Made by a program: the position numbers and the translations under genes. Below, one piece after another: positions 1 through 9,251 of a DNA stretch of 52,741 nucleotides. The stretch is from contig JAFSDI010000010.1 of NCBI GenBank assembly GCA_017436325.1, positions 1 through 52,741 of the forward strand, in the 5' to 3' direction. How positions within the stretch are numbered: position 1 is the first letter of the stretch; every line of letters starts with the position of its first letter. Source of the stretch: Alphaproteobacteria bacterium (lineage in GTDB: Bacteria > Pseudomonadota > Alphaproteobacteria > Rs-D84). A model generated the notes under the pieces. That model had not been told where the DNA came from. It saw nothing but the letters and a program-made list of their open reading frames with translations, and did not search any database.

Positions 1-93
1 AAATCCGCTTGATACGATTGATGCGTTTGCAGTGCCTGTGCCAACAATTCCCAATATCGTGCCGAATATGCCGGCGGTTAAGAGTCTTTTCAT
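1..93 (-). CDS. 5' fragment of secreted 'KIGTLP' family protein (copy A; runs off window start)
   Basis: Manual translation MKRLLTAGIFGTILGIVGTGTANASIVSSGF; signal-peptide-like; SIVSxGF matches the other three family members; AAAGGGG RBS-like site upstream. Confidence 0.8.
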   Translation of the reverse strand, partial: MKRLLTAGIFGTILGIVGTGTANASIVSSGF

Positions 94-126
94 TTTCGTT
101 GCCCCTTTGGTTCCGTGCGTTAAACT

Positions 127-383
127 AAAAAACCGCAATGAAAATCCAATGCGGTCGGGGAGTTCGTAAATCATAAACCTAATGACTCTGTCCGCCTTTG
201 GTGAAATTCACCTATTGTATAGCGGACAGCCCCCCGACATTTTCAGCCAGGGTTAACTAAGATTACGATGCAAATATGGAAATTATAAAATGGATTACGA
301 TACATATAATTATATGTTCGAATATATTTGCACCGAGGTTTATAGGCCTACGACAGCCCCGAACCGGATTCCCACCCAGTTCA
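127..383 (-). ncRNA. Conserved structured leader RNA, copy A, ending in an intrinsic terminator
   Basis: Shares GAACYRGRTGGGAATCYGGYTCGGGGCTGT, GTCGGGGRGC, TATACAAYAGG and AACTCCCCGACCGC-hairpin-T-tract with copies at 31609-31849 and 49831-50070; covarying helices. Confidence 0.75.
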
Positions 384-389
384 TATGCC

Positions 390-419
390 ATTATAGCATA
401 AATTGATTTTTTTTGTAAA
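390..419 (-). promoter_or_regulatory. sigma70-type promoter of leader RNA A
   Basis: TTTACA-18bp-TATAAT with extended TG; context very similar to the promoter at 31855-31884. Confidence 0.7.
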
Positions 420-465
420 TATAAAAATTTTTTGTATAAAAAAATGCCCGTGTGGGCATTCCTGA

Positions 466-1533
466 TTAAAATATGTATTTTATATTCAAGTCGCCAATCC
501 AACCAGTTAAATCACCATCGTGACGGCCAATAGTTGCCTTGAATGCAAAGGAATTTGTTTGTTTTTCAAGACTAATTCCATATTCTGTATAATTGTCAAC
601 AGTGGGTATTTCAATTTCTGCGTCGTTAATGGTTATGTTTTTGTCTGTGTTTGATAACATTATGTACTTTACACCCAATGTGCCATACCAATTGTTGCCA
701 ATGTGCTTGACCGCATTTAGGGCAGGGGTGACTTCAAAAAATCCAAAGGTTTGATTTTGCAGGTCGTCACTGTATGTACTGTTTTGAGTTTCGTTCTTTA
801 TCCATGTGTAACCTGCAGTTATCACGGGATAAAGGCTGAATGTATCATCAAGCTTTAGGTTGTATGCAATGTTTGCCATTGCGCCAAACCAAATGTTTGT
901 ATGATTGTCAGAAATAGATGCATAGTTAACATCTGTTTTTAAAAATCCGGTGTTGATTGTGCTGTTGATTATAAAATTGTGCGTTTGTAATTTGTTAAGT
1001 ATACCAATAAATCCGCCATTTTCATCGCTGTCTAATTCTGAATTCTTGGATGTGCCGTTGATATAGCCACCATAAAATGTCCAATTGTAAAAGCCATTGG
1101 GTGTTGTTTTGTCGTGGGCAGTAAAGCCAATGGTTGCAATGTCATGTCTGGAATCAAATCGATTAAAATTATTTAGGTTTATATCATCTGATGTGTGCTG
1201 CCAATTAAGCCATATATTAGATATTGGCGCGTTTGTGTCGCCGCCGTTGCGCCCCATTGTTCCATCATCGTTGTATTCACCATATAATAATTCAGAACCA
1301 TAAATAGGCTGATTATATGTCGGGGCCGGATTGATTATGGTTTCTGGTGTGGTGATTGGATGTGCAGAAAAAGGCCTTGCACGCGTAGAAAATAGATTTT
1401 GTGTGATTGTGTGTTGTAATGTCGCAATTGTTGTGGCACCGATTGCTTGTTCGGTTGCGAATAGTGTTTGGTCGGCATATGCGTTGGTCGCAGAAAGTGC
1501 AATTAGTGCGCTGAAAAATAAAAAGTGTTTCAT
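466..1533 (-). CDS. Outer-membrane beta-barrel / autotransporter-beta-domain-like protein
   Basis: Signal peptide (AYA), alternating aromatic beta-strand pattern, C-terminal KYIF. Confidence 0.6.
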   Translation of the reverse strand: MKHFLFFSALIALSATNAYADQTLFATEQAIGATTIATLQHTITQNLFSTRARPFSAHPITTPETIINPAPTYNQPIYGSELLYGEYNDDGTMGRNGGDTNAPISNIWLNWQHTSDDINLNNFNRFDSRHDIATIGFTAHDKTTPNGFYNWTFYGGYINGTSKNSELDSDENGGFIGILNKLQTHNFIINSTINTGFLKTDVNYASISDNHTNIWFGAMANIAYNLKLDDTFSLYPVITAGYTWIKNETQNSTYSDDLQNQTFGFFEVTPALNAVKHIGNNWYGTLGVKYIMLSNTDKNITINDAEIEIPTVDNYTEYGISLEKQTNSFAFKATIGRHDGDLTGWIGDLNIKYIF

Positions 1534-1656
1534 ATTTTTCTCTCTTACATTGTTGGTTCTTGTATAGTTGAATTATAGCATAAAAATCTGTTTAAAAAAA
1601 TGCTAAATATATTTTTTATTGTTAAAAGGTAAATTTTTGATAAAATTGTGCTTGTT

Positions 1657-2205
1657 ATGAACGAGAAAAATGAAGATTTTATAGATAGACCTGTCGTTAT
1701 GGTCGGCTTGATGGGGGCAGGGAAGACAAGTGTTGGGCGTGCGTTGGCGCGCAGACTGGGGATTCCTTTTGTGGATTCAGACAAGGAAATAGAAGCCGCT
1801 GCAGGCTGTAGTGTTGTCGATATATTCGCAATGTACGGCGAAGAAGAATTTCGCAGGGTAGAACAACGTGTTATAGAACGATTGTTGGATACACCGCCAG
1901 CATTGAAGGTTATTTCAACAGGAGAGGGCGCATTTATAACCCCGGCGATTCGTGAAATGATTATGGAAAGGGCGCTTTCAATATGGTTGCGTGCTGATTT
2001 GGACTTGTTGGTGCGCAGAACAGGGCGGCGCGATACACGACCACAATTGCTGAATACGGATAGTCGAAAAATTTTATCGCAATTAATAGATGAAAGATAT
2101 AAAACATATGCGTTGGCGGATATAACCGTGCAAACACAGGACGAGAATTTGCGAAAAACCTTGACAAAGGTCTTGGCTGCAATAGAAGATTATTCAAATA
2201 AATAA
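1657..2205 (+). CDS. aroK: Shikimate kinase
   Basis: GLMGAGKTSVG P-loop, DSDKEIE, FRRVE, RPQL motifs; ATG at 1657 preferred. Confidence 0.92.
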   Translation: MNEKNEDFIDRPVVMVGLMGAGKTSVGRALARRLGIPFVDSDKEIEAAAGCSVVDIFAMYGEEEFRRVEQRVIERLLDTPPALKVISTGEGAFITPAIREMIMERALSIWLRADLDLLVRRTGRRDTRPQLLNTDSRKILSQLIDERYKTYALADITVQTQDENLRKTLTKVLAAIEDYSNK

Positions 2206-2216
2206 GGAGAAAATAT

Positions 2217-2789
2217 ATGTCAAAAAAAACAGGATTTTTTAAGGAGTTTGCCGCCTTTGTGCAACGCGGAAATGCAATTGATATGGCTGTCGGTATTATT
2301 GTCGGCAGTGTTATGACAAGCGTGGTCAATTCGTTGGTCAAAGATGTTATTATGCCACCAATTGGTTTGCTGATTGGTGGGGTTGATTTTTCACAGTGGT
2401 TCTTTGTGCTGGGTGGAGGTGAAAAGGGCGCTGTGTATGAAACAATTGCACAGGCGCAGGCAGCAGGCGCAACAACGTTGAATTTAGGATTGTTCTTGAA
2501 TTCTGTGGTTAGTTTCTTTATAACGATGTTTGCGATATTCTTGTTCGTGCGTACGATTAATAAGTTGCGTGATAAAAAGCCTGTAAATACCCATGCATGT
2601 CCGTATTGTACGTCAACTATTAATAACGCAGCAACAAAATGTCCGTTTTGTTGTTCTGATGTGGAATCAGTTCAGACTGCGCCAATCCAAGAAGGCGATT
2701 TGAAAAAATCTTTGAAAAAAATAAAAAAAGTGGCTAAAAGCCTTGCGGAAGAGTCGCTAGAAAAAGTAAAAGATATTACAAATCACTAA
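2217..2789 (+). CDS. mscL: Large-conductance mechanosensitive channel with C-terminal CxxC/CxxC and Lys-rich extension
   Basis: FKEF...RGNAIDMAVGIIVG...VNSLVKDVIMPPIG signature. Confidence 0.92.
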   Translation: MSKKTGFFKEFAAFVQRGNAIDMAVGIIVGSVMTSVVNSLVKDVIMPPIGLLIGGVDFSQWFFVLGGGEKGAVYETIAQAQAAGATTLNLGLFLNSVVSFFITMFAIFLFVRTINKLRDKKPVNTHACPYCTSTINNAATKCPFCCSDVESVQTAPIQEGDLKKSLKKIKKVAKSLAEESLEKVKDITNH

Positions 2790-2815
2790 ATTGGGTTTAT
2801 GTATGATGTTTTTTG

Positions 2816-2838
2816 CCGGCAATTATTGCCGGTTTTTT
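2816..2838 (+). terminator. Intrinsic terminator after aroK-mscL
   Basis: CCGGCAA-TTA-TTGCCGG followed by T-tract. Confidence 0.7.
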
Positions 2839-2872
2839 CTTGCAGGGTGGTGTTTTTTAGGGCGGTATATAA

Positions 2873-2900
2873 AAGGCGCATAATATATATTATGTATAGT
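2873..2900 (+). other. dif-like XerC/XerD chromosome dimer resolution site
   Basis: AAGGCGCATAA-TATATA-TTATGTATAGT vs E. coli dif GGTGCGCATAA-TGTATA-TTATGTTAAAT; GGGCAGGG octamers converge on it. Confidence 0.8.
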
Positions 2901-3290
2901 TTAACATGCTGGCGCATGTATAAACATATACATAATATGATGTTTGTTTGTGGTTAACGTGCTGGCGTATGTGTAAACGTATACATAATATGATGGTTGT
3001 TTCACATGCTGACGCGTGTATAAACGTATACATAATATGTGTAAACGTATACATAATATGATGGTTGTTTCACATGCTGGCGTATGTGTAAACGTATATA
3101 TAATAAGATGTGTTGTGTGTGGTTAATATGCTGGCGCGTGTCTAAACATATATATAATATGATGGTTGTTTGTGGTTAATATTGCTTAAGATGTTTGTGG
3201 CTAACATGCTGATGCGTGTATAAAACGTATATATAATAAGAACTTTGTTTGTTGTTAACATGCTGAAAACTATACATAATGTTGTTGGTT
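2901..3290. repeat. Degenerate tandem array of about 8 units of ~47-54 bp, carrying inverted XerD-arm-like motifs
   Basis: Consensus about TTAACATGCTGGCGYRTGTRTAAACRTATAYATAATATGATGGTTGTTTGTGG; units start near 2901, 2954, 3001, 3069, 3123, 3176 (partial), 3201, 3255. Confidence 0.85.
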
Positions 3291-3697
3291 TTGTTGTTTT
3301 TGTTTGGCGATAATATAGTTAAAGTAATTTATATGATATTGCTGTTTGTTTGTTGGGTTTTCTTGTATTGTTTCGATATTTTGTATCGTGTTTGGTGCTG
3401 TGTTTTGGTGTAAGCTGGTGTTGTATGCCCTATTCTGCTGGTAAAAATGTGAAAAAATGGCGGATTTCTGCGGTTTTTTGTGCTTTTTAGTGTTTTTTGT
3501 GTAGTTATTTATTGAATATTGTATTTAGTATTATGTTTTTACTGGATTATTATGCTTAAATATTTGTCTTTTTGTTTTTGTATTGAATCTTTTTGTTAAA
3601 AATTATAAATATCTTTCTGAAAATAGTTGATAGTATGTCTTTTTTGTCTTGTGTTGATTTTGTTTATAATTTATTTGCGGTATTGTATTGAATATAC

Positions 3698-3730
3698 AAA
3701 AAAAGCGGCGTTTATATTGCCGCTTTTGTT
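3698..3730. terminator. Bidirectional intrinsic terminator
   Basis: A-tract-GCGGC...GCCGC-T-tract hairpin. Confidence 0.6.
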
Positions 3731-3744
3731 TTTTTGTTTGGTTT

Positions 3745-3999
3745 TTATCGGGTTTTGTTAAAGTTTGGGCATAATTTTGCGATTTGATATGCTTGGTTTA
3801 TGGCGCCCTGTTTTGTATAAAATTTGGGAACGGTTTGTTTTTTGTTGTTCTTATCGATGTATTCAGTGATTTCTTGGTTGTTAATTGTTGGGATGAATGT
3901 GATAACCTCTATCCCAGGGTGCAGCGCGTATGATAGCGTACATTTTTTATCTGTGCATTTGCAGATTATTTTATCGATTTTGTTTTCATGTTTAGGCAT
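3745..3999 (-). CDS. Small Cys-containing hypothetical protein
   Basis: AAGGA RBS before ATG at 3999; ends NKTR; terminator downstream. Confidence 0.6.
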   Translation of the reverse strand: MPKHENKIDKIICKCTDKKCTLSYALHPGIEVITFIPTINNQEITEYIDKNNKKQTVPKFYTKQGAINQAYQIAKLCPNFNKTR

Positions 4000-4108
4000 A
4001 TGTTGTCCTTTTTTTGTGTTTTCACGTTTATATTGTAGTTCAAAAAATGTATAAGTCAATGTATATAAAAAGTTGAATTTGCCGGTTTTTCGGATTAAAA
4101 TATAATTT

Positions 4109-4822
4109 ATGAGATTAGATCAGGAATTAGTAAAGCGCAATTTGTACCAAAGTCGCGCCAAGGCGGTGGCGGCAATTGATGCGGGGCTGGTAAAGGTCAA
4201 TGGTGTTGTTGCAAAAAAACCAAGTCAATCTGTTGTGGAATCAGATGTGATTATTGGGGGAAATTTGCCCTATTCTGTCGGTCGTGGCAGTTTGAAATTA
4301 CAGGCGGCATTAGATGAGTTTGGTATTAATCCAGAGAATATGATTTGTCTGGATGTTGGGGCCAGTACCGGTGGTTTTACAGAGGTTTTGTTAAATCGCG
4401 GTGCGGTACGTGTTTATGCGGTTGATGTTGGTTCAAATCAATTGGCTGATAATTTGCGTGCGGATTCGCGTGTGGTGTCTTTGGAAAAAACAGATATTCG
4501 TGCCCTGCCCCCTGTTGAGATGGTAGATTTAATCGTTGTTGATGTTTCGTTTGTGTCGTTGACTAATATTGTTGATGTTTTTCCAAAATGGGGTGCAAAG
4601 GATGTGGTGGTTTTAATAAAACCACAGTTCGAAGTTCCGCGAGAGGTTGCAGCAAAGTTTAATGGTATTATAAAATCACAGCATTGGCATAATTGGTCGA
4701 TTGAGCGTGTAAGGAATGCGTTTGAAGAATTGGGGTATGTGTTTGCTGGGTTGGTAAAATCCCCTGTTTTGGGTGGCAGTGGGAATACAGAATTTTTAGC
4801 AAGGTTTAAGTTCAAGTCATAG
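4109..4822 (+). CDS. tlyA: TlyA family rRNA 2'-O-methyltransferase
   Basis: MRLD S4 domain, LDVGASTGGFT, DVSFVSL, LIKPQFE, GNTEF. Confidence 0.93.
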   Translation: MRLDQELVKRNLYQSRAKAVAAIDAGLVKVNGVVAKKPSQSVVESDVIIGGNLPYSVGRGSLKLQAALDEFGINPENMICLDVGASTGGFTEVLLNRGAVRVYAVDVGSNQLADNLRADSRVVSLEKTDIRALPPVEMVDLIVVDVSFVSLTNIVDVFPKWGAKDVVVLIKPQFEVPREVAAKFNGIIKSQHWHNWSIERVRNAFEELGYVFAGLVKSPVLGGSGNTEFLARFKFKS

Positions 4823-5002
4823 TTTAAGTTATGTTTTTAATAGTTTGTATTAAGTTTTTTTATTTTTGTTTTTATTTCGTATATGATTTATAGTTTTTAT
4901 GGTTGTTTTGTGTTGTTGATTTGATGATAGTTTTATCTTGAAAATATGGGTGTTTCGCGCTATGATTTGCCAAGGTTATATACAAATATAGGATATAAAA
5001 AA

Positions 5003-7399
5003 ATGGCAGATGACATCAAAAAAATTCATGAACGTGAAGAAAAGTGGCAAAGAAAGTGGCAGGAATCTGGTGCTTTTGTACCGAAAAATGATGGGACAAA
5101 ACAGAAGTATTATAATTTGATTGAGTTTCCGTTTCCATCTGGTTCAGGGTTGCATGTTGGGCATATGTTGCCGTATACGGGTATGGATGTATTGGCGCGT
5201 TGGCGCAGGATGCGTGGTTTTGATGTCTTGTTTCCAATTGGTTATGATTCTATGGGGATTTCTTCGGAAAATTATGCAACAAAAATTGGCAAGCATCCCA
5301 GTGAATCTGTTGCGGAATTAATCAAAATATTTGAACGTGATATTTCAATTATGGGGTTGTCTTTTGATCCGGAATCCAAGGTTGCAACATCTGACCCAGA
5401 ATTTATTAAGTGGACACAGTGGATGTTTATTCAGTTCTTTAAGGCAGGATTGGCATATAAGTCAGAATTGCCGATGAACTGGTGTCCGGCATGTAAAACA
5501 AATCTGACAAATGAAGAACTGGAAGATGGTTGTTGCGAACGTTGTCATGGACCTGTGGAAAAAAAGATGAAACTGCAATGGAATCTGGCAATTACAAAGT
5601 ACGCGGACAGATTGATTGATGACTTGGCATTGGTTGATTATCCAGAACGCGTCAAGACAGAACAAATAAACTGGATTGGTCGTTCTTATGGCGCAGATGT
5701 TGATTTCAAGGTCGGTGATGATGTGATGACGGTTTATACAACACGTCCAGATACTATATTTGGTGTGACGTTTTGTGTGATTGCGCCGGAACACACGCTG
5801 GTTAAAAAGTGGATTGCAGATGGAAAAATTACAAATGTCGCAGATGTGCAAAACTATATTGCTGCGGCCAAGGCAAAGTCTGAATTTGAACGAACTGATG
5901 TGACCAAAGAAAAAACAGGGGTCGAATTACAAGGAATCAAGGCCACTAATCCATTTAATGGCAAAGAAATACCTGTGTTTATTTCGGACTATGTTTTGGC
6001 GGATTATGGTTTTGGTGCGATTATGGCGGTGCCTGCGCATGATGGACGTGACTGGGATTTTGCGAAAAAGTTTGGCTTGGAAATAATACCTGTTTTGGCA
6101 GGGGGTGAGGATGATAAAGTCTGGGAAGGTGATGGGGTGCATATTAATTCGTCTTTCTTGGACGGTATGAATAAAGAAGATGCAATTGCAGCTGCAATTA
6201 AATACGGCAGTGATAAAGGCTTTGCGCGTGGCACTAAGAAATATAAATTAAAAGATTGGGGTTTTTCACGCCAGATGTACTGGGGTGAACCAATTCCGTT
6301 GGTGTATTGTGAAAAATGTGGCTGGGTGCCAGTGCCAGCATCTGAATTGCCACTGATGCAACCGTATATGTCGGATTATAAGCCAACAGATGATGGCGAA
6401 GGACCTTTGGCGCGCGCGACTGATTGGGTGAATACAACGTGTCCGCATTGTGGGGGCGCGGCCCGTCGTGAAACAGATACTATGCCACAGTGGGCGGGGT
6501 CATCGTGGTACTTTATGCGCTATTTAGATTCAAAAAATGATAAAGAGTTTTGCAGTCGTGAACAATTGGATAAATGGATGCCAGTCAATCATTATAACGG
6601 TGGTATGGAACATACAACACGTCACGTATTGTATTCGCGCTTTTGGTACAAGGCTTTATCTGATTTAGGTTTTGTTCCAGGGGTTGAGCCATATAAAAAA
6701 CGTACCAGTAATGGTCTGATTATGGCGGCAGATGGTTCAAAAATGTCAAAGTCGCGCGGCAATACAGTGCCAAGTTCTGATGTTGTTGAACGCAGTGGTG
6801 CGGATGCATGTCGTATGGCGATTTTGTATCTGGGGCCATGGGAACAAAGTGCGAACTGGTCCGAAGATACTTTGCGTGGTGTTGAACGGTTCTTGAAACG
6901 TGTGGAAAATTTGGCGGGTAATTTGACAGAAGATGCATTGACCGCACAGCAAGAACGTTTGGTTAATCGTCTGATTGCAGATATTACAGACAGATTGGAA
7001 AATATGAAATTTAATACAGCAATTTCTGCAATGATGGAATATATCAACGCGTTTGGTGGTGCAATGCCCCGCCCTGCGTATGAGGTCTTGTTGCAGATGT
7101 TGAATCCGTTTGCACCACACCTGACCGAAGAAATGTGGGAAAAGTTGGGACATAACGAAATGCTGGTGTTTCAACCATGGCCGACATTTGATTCTGCAAA
7201 GTTAGTTGATACAGAAATTACAATTGTTGCATCGATTAATGGCAAGCGCGCTGCTGAATTTGTTGTCGCGTCAGATGCGGATCAGGCGACGATTGTCGCA
7301 CAGGCACGTGCGGCAGTGGACAAGAAATTACAAGGCGCAGAAATTATTAAAACAATTGTTGTGCCGAAAAAGTTGGTGAACTTTGTAGTTAAGAAATAA
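5003..7399 (+). CDS. leuS: Leucine--tRNA ligase
   Basis: HVGH and KMSKS motifs, TTRPDT and GAIMAVPAHD editing domain; start MADDIKK at 5003 behind AGGA. Confidence 0.97.
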   Translation: MADDIKKIHEREEKWQRKWQESGAFVPKNDGTKQKYYNLIEFPFPSGSGLHVGHMLPYTGMDVLARWRRMRGFDVLFPIGYDSMGISSENYATKIGKHPSESVAELIKIFERDISIMGLSFDPESKVATSDPEFIKWTQWMFIQFFKAGLAYKSELPMNWCPACKTNLTNEELEDGCCERCHGPVEKKMKLQWNLAITKYADRLIDDLALVDYPERVKTEQINWIGRSYGADVDFKVGDDVMTVYTTRPDTIFGVTFCVIAPEHTLVKKWIADGKITNVADVQNYIAAAKAKSEFERTDVTKEKTGVELQGIKATNPFNGKEIPVFISDYVLADYGFGAIMAVPAHDGRDWDFAKKFGLEIIPVLAGGEDDKVWEGDGVHINSSFLDGMNKEDAIAAAIKYGSDKGFARGTKKYKLKDWGFSRQMYWGEPIPLVYCEKCGWVPVPASELPLMQPYMSDYKPTDDGEGPLARATDWVNTTCPHCGGAARRETDTMPQWAGSSWYFMRYLDSKNDKEFCSREQLDKWMPVNHYNGGMEHTTRHVLYSRFWYKALSDLGFVPGVEPYKKRTSNGLIMAADGSKMSKSRGNTVPSSDVVERSGADACRMAILYLGPWEQSANWSEDTLRGVERFLKRVENLAGNLTEDALTAQQERLVNRLIADITDRLENMKFNTAISAMMEYINAFGGAMPRPAYEVLLQMLNPFAPHLTEEMWEKLGHNEMLVFQPWPTFDSAKLVDTEITIVASINGKRAAEFVVASDADQATIVAQARAAVDKKLQGAEIIKTIVVPKKLVNFVVKK

Positions 7400-7423
7400 A
7401 AAATGCCCGTTTGGGCATTTTTT
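7399..7423. terminator. Bidirectional terminator between convergent genes
   Basis: AAAAATGCCC-GTTT-GGGCATTTTT; similar hairpins at ~441-460 and ~43013-43036. Confidence 0.7.
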
Positions 7424-9092
7424 ATATTTCATGGTCGTCATCAAAACGAATGATGCTGTGTTCTTTGGTTGGGGTTAATATGTTTTTGATTCCTTGCCTA
7501 AAAGCATTTGTCTTTGAATTTTTTGGCGTTAATGGATTTCCGTCCGATAATATTTTTCCCCCTATTTTTTTAGGTATACCTATCAGGCTGGTTAATTGGT
7601 TGTGGTTGCAATTAAAATCCCTCCCTATTTTTTTAGGTACACCCATCAGGCTGGTTAATTGGTTGTGGCTGCAATTAAAATCCCCGCCAACATGTTTTGG
7701 TGCATCTGTCAGGCTGGTTAATTGGTTGTTCTGGCAATAAAAGTTCCCGCCAACATGTTTTGGTGCGCCCATCAGGCTGGTTAATTGGTTGTTGTTGCAA
7801 TAAAAATCCCCGCCAATCTGTTTTTGTGCGCCCATCAGGCTGGTTAATTGGTTGTGGTCGCAACTAAAAGCCCCGCCAACGTTTTCTGGTGCACCTGTCA
7901 GGCTGGTTAATTGGTTGTTGTGGCAAAAAAAGTTCCCGCCAATCTGTTTTGGTGCACCTGTCAGGCTGGTTAATTGGTTGTTCTGGCAATAAAAGTTCCC
8001 GCCAACATGTTTTGGTGCGCCTGTCAGGCTGGTTAATTGGTTGTGGTAGCAAGTAAAACTTCCCAGAATCGTTACGGTCGACATATCAGGCAGTTCTGTT
8101 AACCCCATATTAGACAAATCTAAATTGCCACGAAGCACAAAATTACGCGGTAGGTGCAGTATGCTGTAATATTCACCGTCTTGTTCAATCAATCTTGTGT
8201 TTTTTGTATCGCCACCCAGTTCAAATTTTTTTGATTTTATAAATTCTTGAATCGCGGGCATATATTTTGCGACGGGTGCTTTGTTTTGTTTACCCTTGCA
8301 TTGTTGAATTGTGTTGTTTCTAACTTCAAAAGTAGCGTGTGGTTCACCACGTTCATCGCGGATTGAATATATTTGCGTTGTGCCATTTTTGACGTTTTCA
8401 TCATAGCCACCACTGCCCACACAATGTCCCATATATTCGCTTTCAAAATCTAGTGCCTCTGGCGTGGTCAGGCGATATGCCGTCATATTATTTGGTAAAT
8501 TCATAACAAATTCTGCACCAATTAAAGATTTGCTTAAAATCTGTTGCGCCTTTTGTTTTTTTGCCAGATTTTCTGCCAGTTTTTCGTGCCATTCTTGTGC
8601 GGCAGATAATGCCTGTTCAAAAGTATTATATTCGTTTGTTATTTTTAAATAATCGTATCTGATTTTGGGTTTTTGTTTTGTGTTTTCTGCGATTTTTATA
8701 ACTTTGTCCACATACATTGTGGCGACATCATACAGGTAATCACGCACAGTCGTAATATCGTTTTTTAACCTGTCTGACATTTTTGCACCATCAAATTGAT
8801 AGACTTGTTCGCCACGTAATAACAGTGTCTGGGCCCAGTCCGGCAGATTTGCAGAATCTTTTACAGGTATAAATGCAGGCTCATTTTCTTGGGCCAAGAT
8901 ATATTTACGAACGCGCAGTTTGATGTATTGATTTAGAATACCGCGTACAATAGTGTCGCGATTTGCGACAACATAATCAACACTTTCGAATTGGCCATGT
9001 AATCCTTGGTTGGCTATCTGTGGGTTGCCTTGGAATGAAATGTCGGTTAAAAAATCATTTAATGCATAATCATTTAATAAATTTAATGCCAT
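7422..9092 (-). CDS. PcfJ-like domain protein with C-terminal 21-aa leucine-rich repeats
   Basis: ESEYMGHCVG...IYSIRD...PHATFE...QCKGKQN resembles PcfJ-like domains; 8 x GGxFxCxxNQLTSLxGAPxxV. Confidence 0.7.
   Translation of the reverse strand: MALNLLNDYALNDFLTDISFQGNPQIANQGLHGQFESVDYVVANRDTIVRGILNQYIKLRVRKYILAQENEPAFIPVKDSANLPDWAQTLLLRGEQVYQFDGAKMSDRLKNDITTVRDYLYDVATMYVDKVIKIAENTKQKPKIRYDYLKITNEYNTFEQALSAAQEWHEKLAENLAKKQKAQQILSKSLIGAEFVMNLPNNMTAYRLTTPEALDFESEYMGHCVGSGGYDENVKNGTTQIYSIRDERGEPHATFEVRNNTIQQCKGKQNKAPVAKYMPAIQEFIKSKKFELGGDTKNTRLIEQDGEYYSILHLPRNFVLRGNLDLSNMGLTELPDMSTVTILGSFTCYHNQLTSLTGAPKHVGGNFYCQNNQLTSLTGAPKQIGGNFFCHNNQLTSLTGAPENVGGAFSCDHNQLTSLMGAQKQIGGDFYCNNNQLTSLMGAPKHVGGNFYCQNNQLTSLTDAPKHVGGDFNCSHNQLTSLMGVPKKIGRDFNCNHNQLTSLIGIPKKIGGKILSDGNPLTPKNSKTNAFRQGIKNILTPTKEHSIIRFDDDHEI
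7549..8062 (-). repeat. Eight 63-bp coding tandem repeats (LRR)
   Basis: Invariant core TCAGGCTGGTTAATTGGTTGT at 63-bp period (7583, 7646, ...). Confidence 0.95.
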
Positions 9093-9251
9093 AATAAAGC
9101 TCTTTTATTATCTTAGGATTGTCAGGTTAAGATTATCACAAAAATGCAGAAAAATCAAAATGAATAAAGAAATAACGTATTCATCACAAAAACAACGATA
9201 ATAAAATACCCCCAGATAATTTGTTTGGGGGATTTTTATGATTGTTATATT

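Noticed and set aside
127-383. Retron msr-msd or transposon-associated guide RNA
   Set aside because: No reverse transcriptase, TnpB/IscB or transposase next to any of the three copies; all precede the same surface-protein family.
263-502. ORFs 263-502, 31653-31931 and 49614-50027 sharing E.xGN.xRGC as a protein family, or a short MN(W/Q)xGIxxGAV leader peptide
   Set aside because: The long ORFs start upstream of the promoters and share only the 30-nt block. Differences there are non-synonymous in both frames but largely preserve the hairpin, so RNA structure explains them better. A leaderless peptide cannot be fully excluded without Ribo-seq.
2901-3290. CRISPR array or plasmid iterons/oriC
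   Set aside because: Units are contiguous degenerate repeats with no unique spacers and no cas or rep gene. KOPS converge rather than diverge here, indicating terminus not origin.
7549-8062. Diversity-generating retroelement target
   Set aside because: Variation is not adenine-specific (AAC/CAA codons in the core are invariant); no reverse transcriptase or template repeat in the window.
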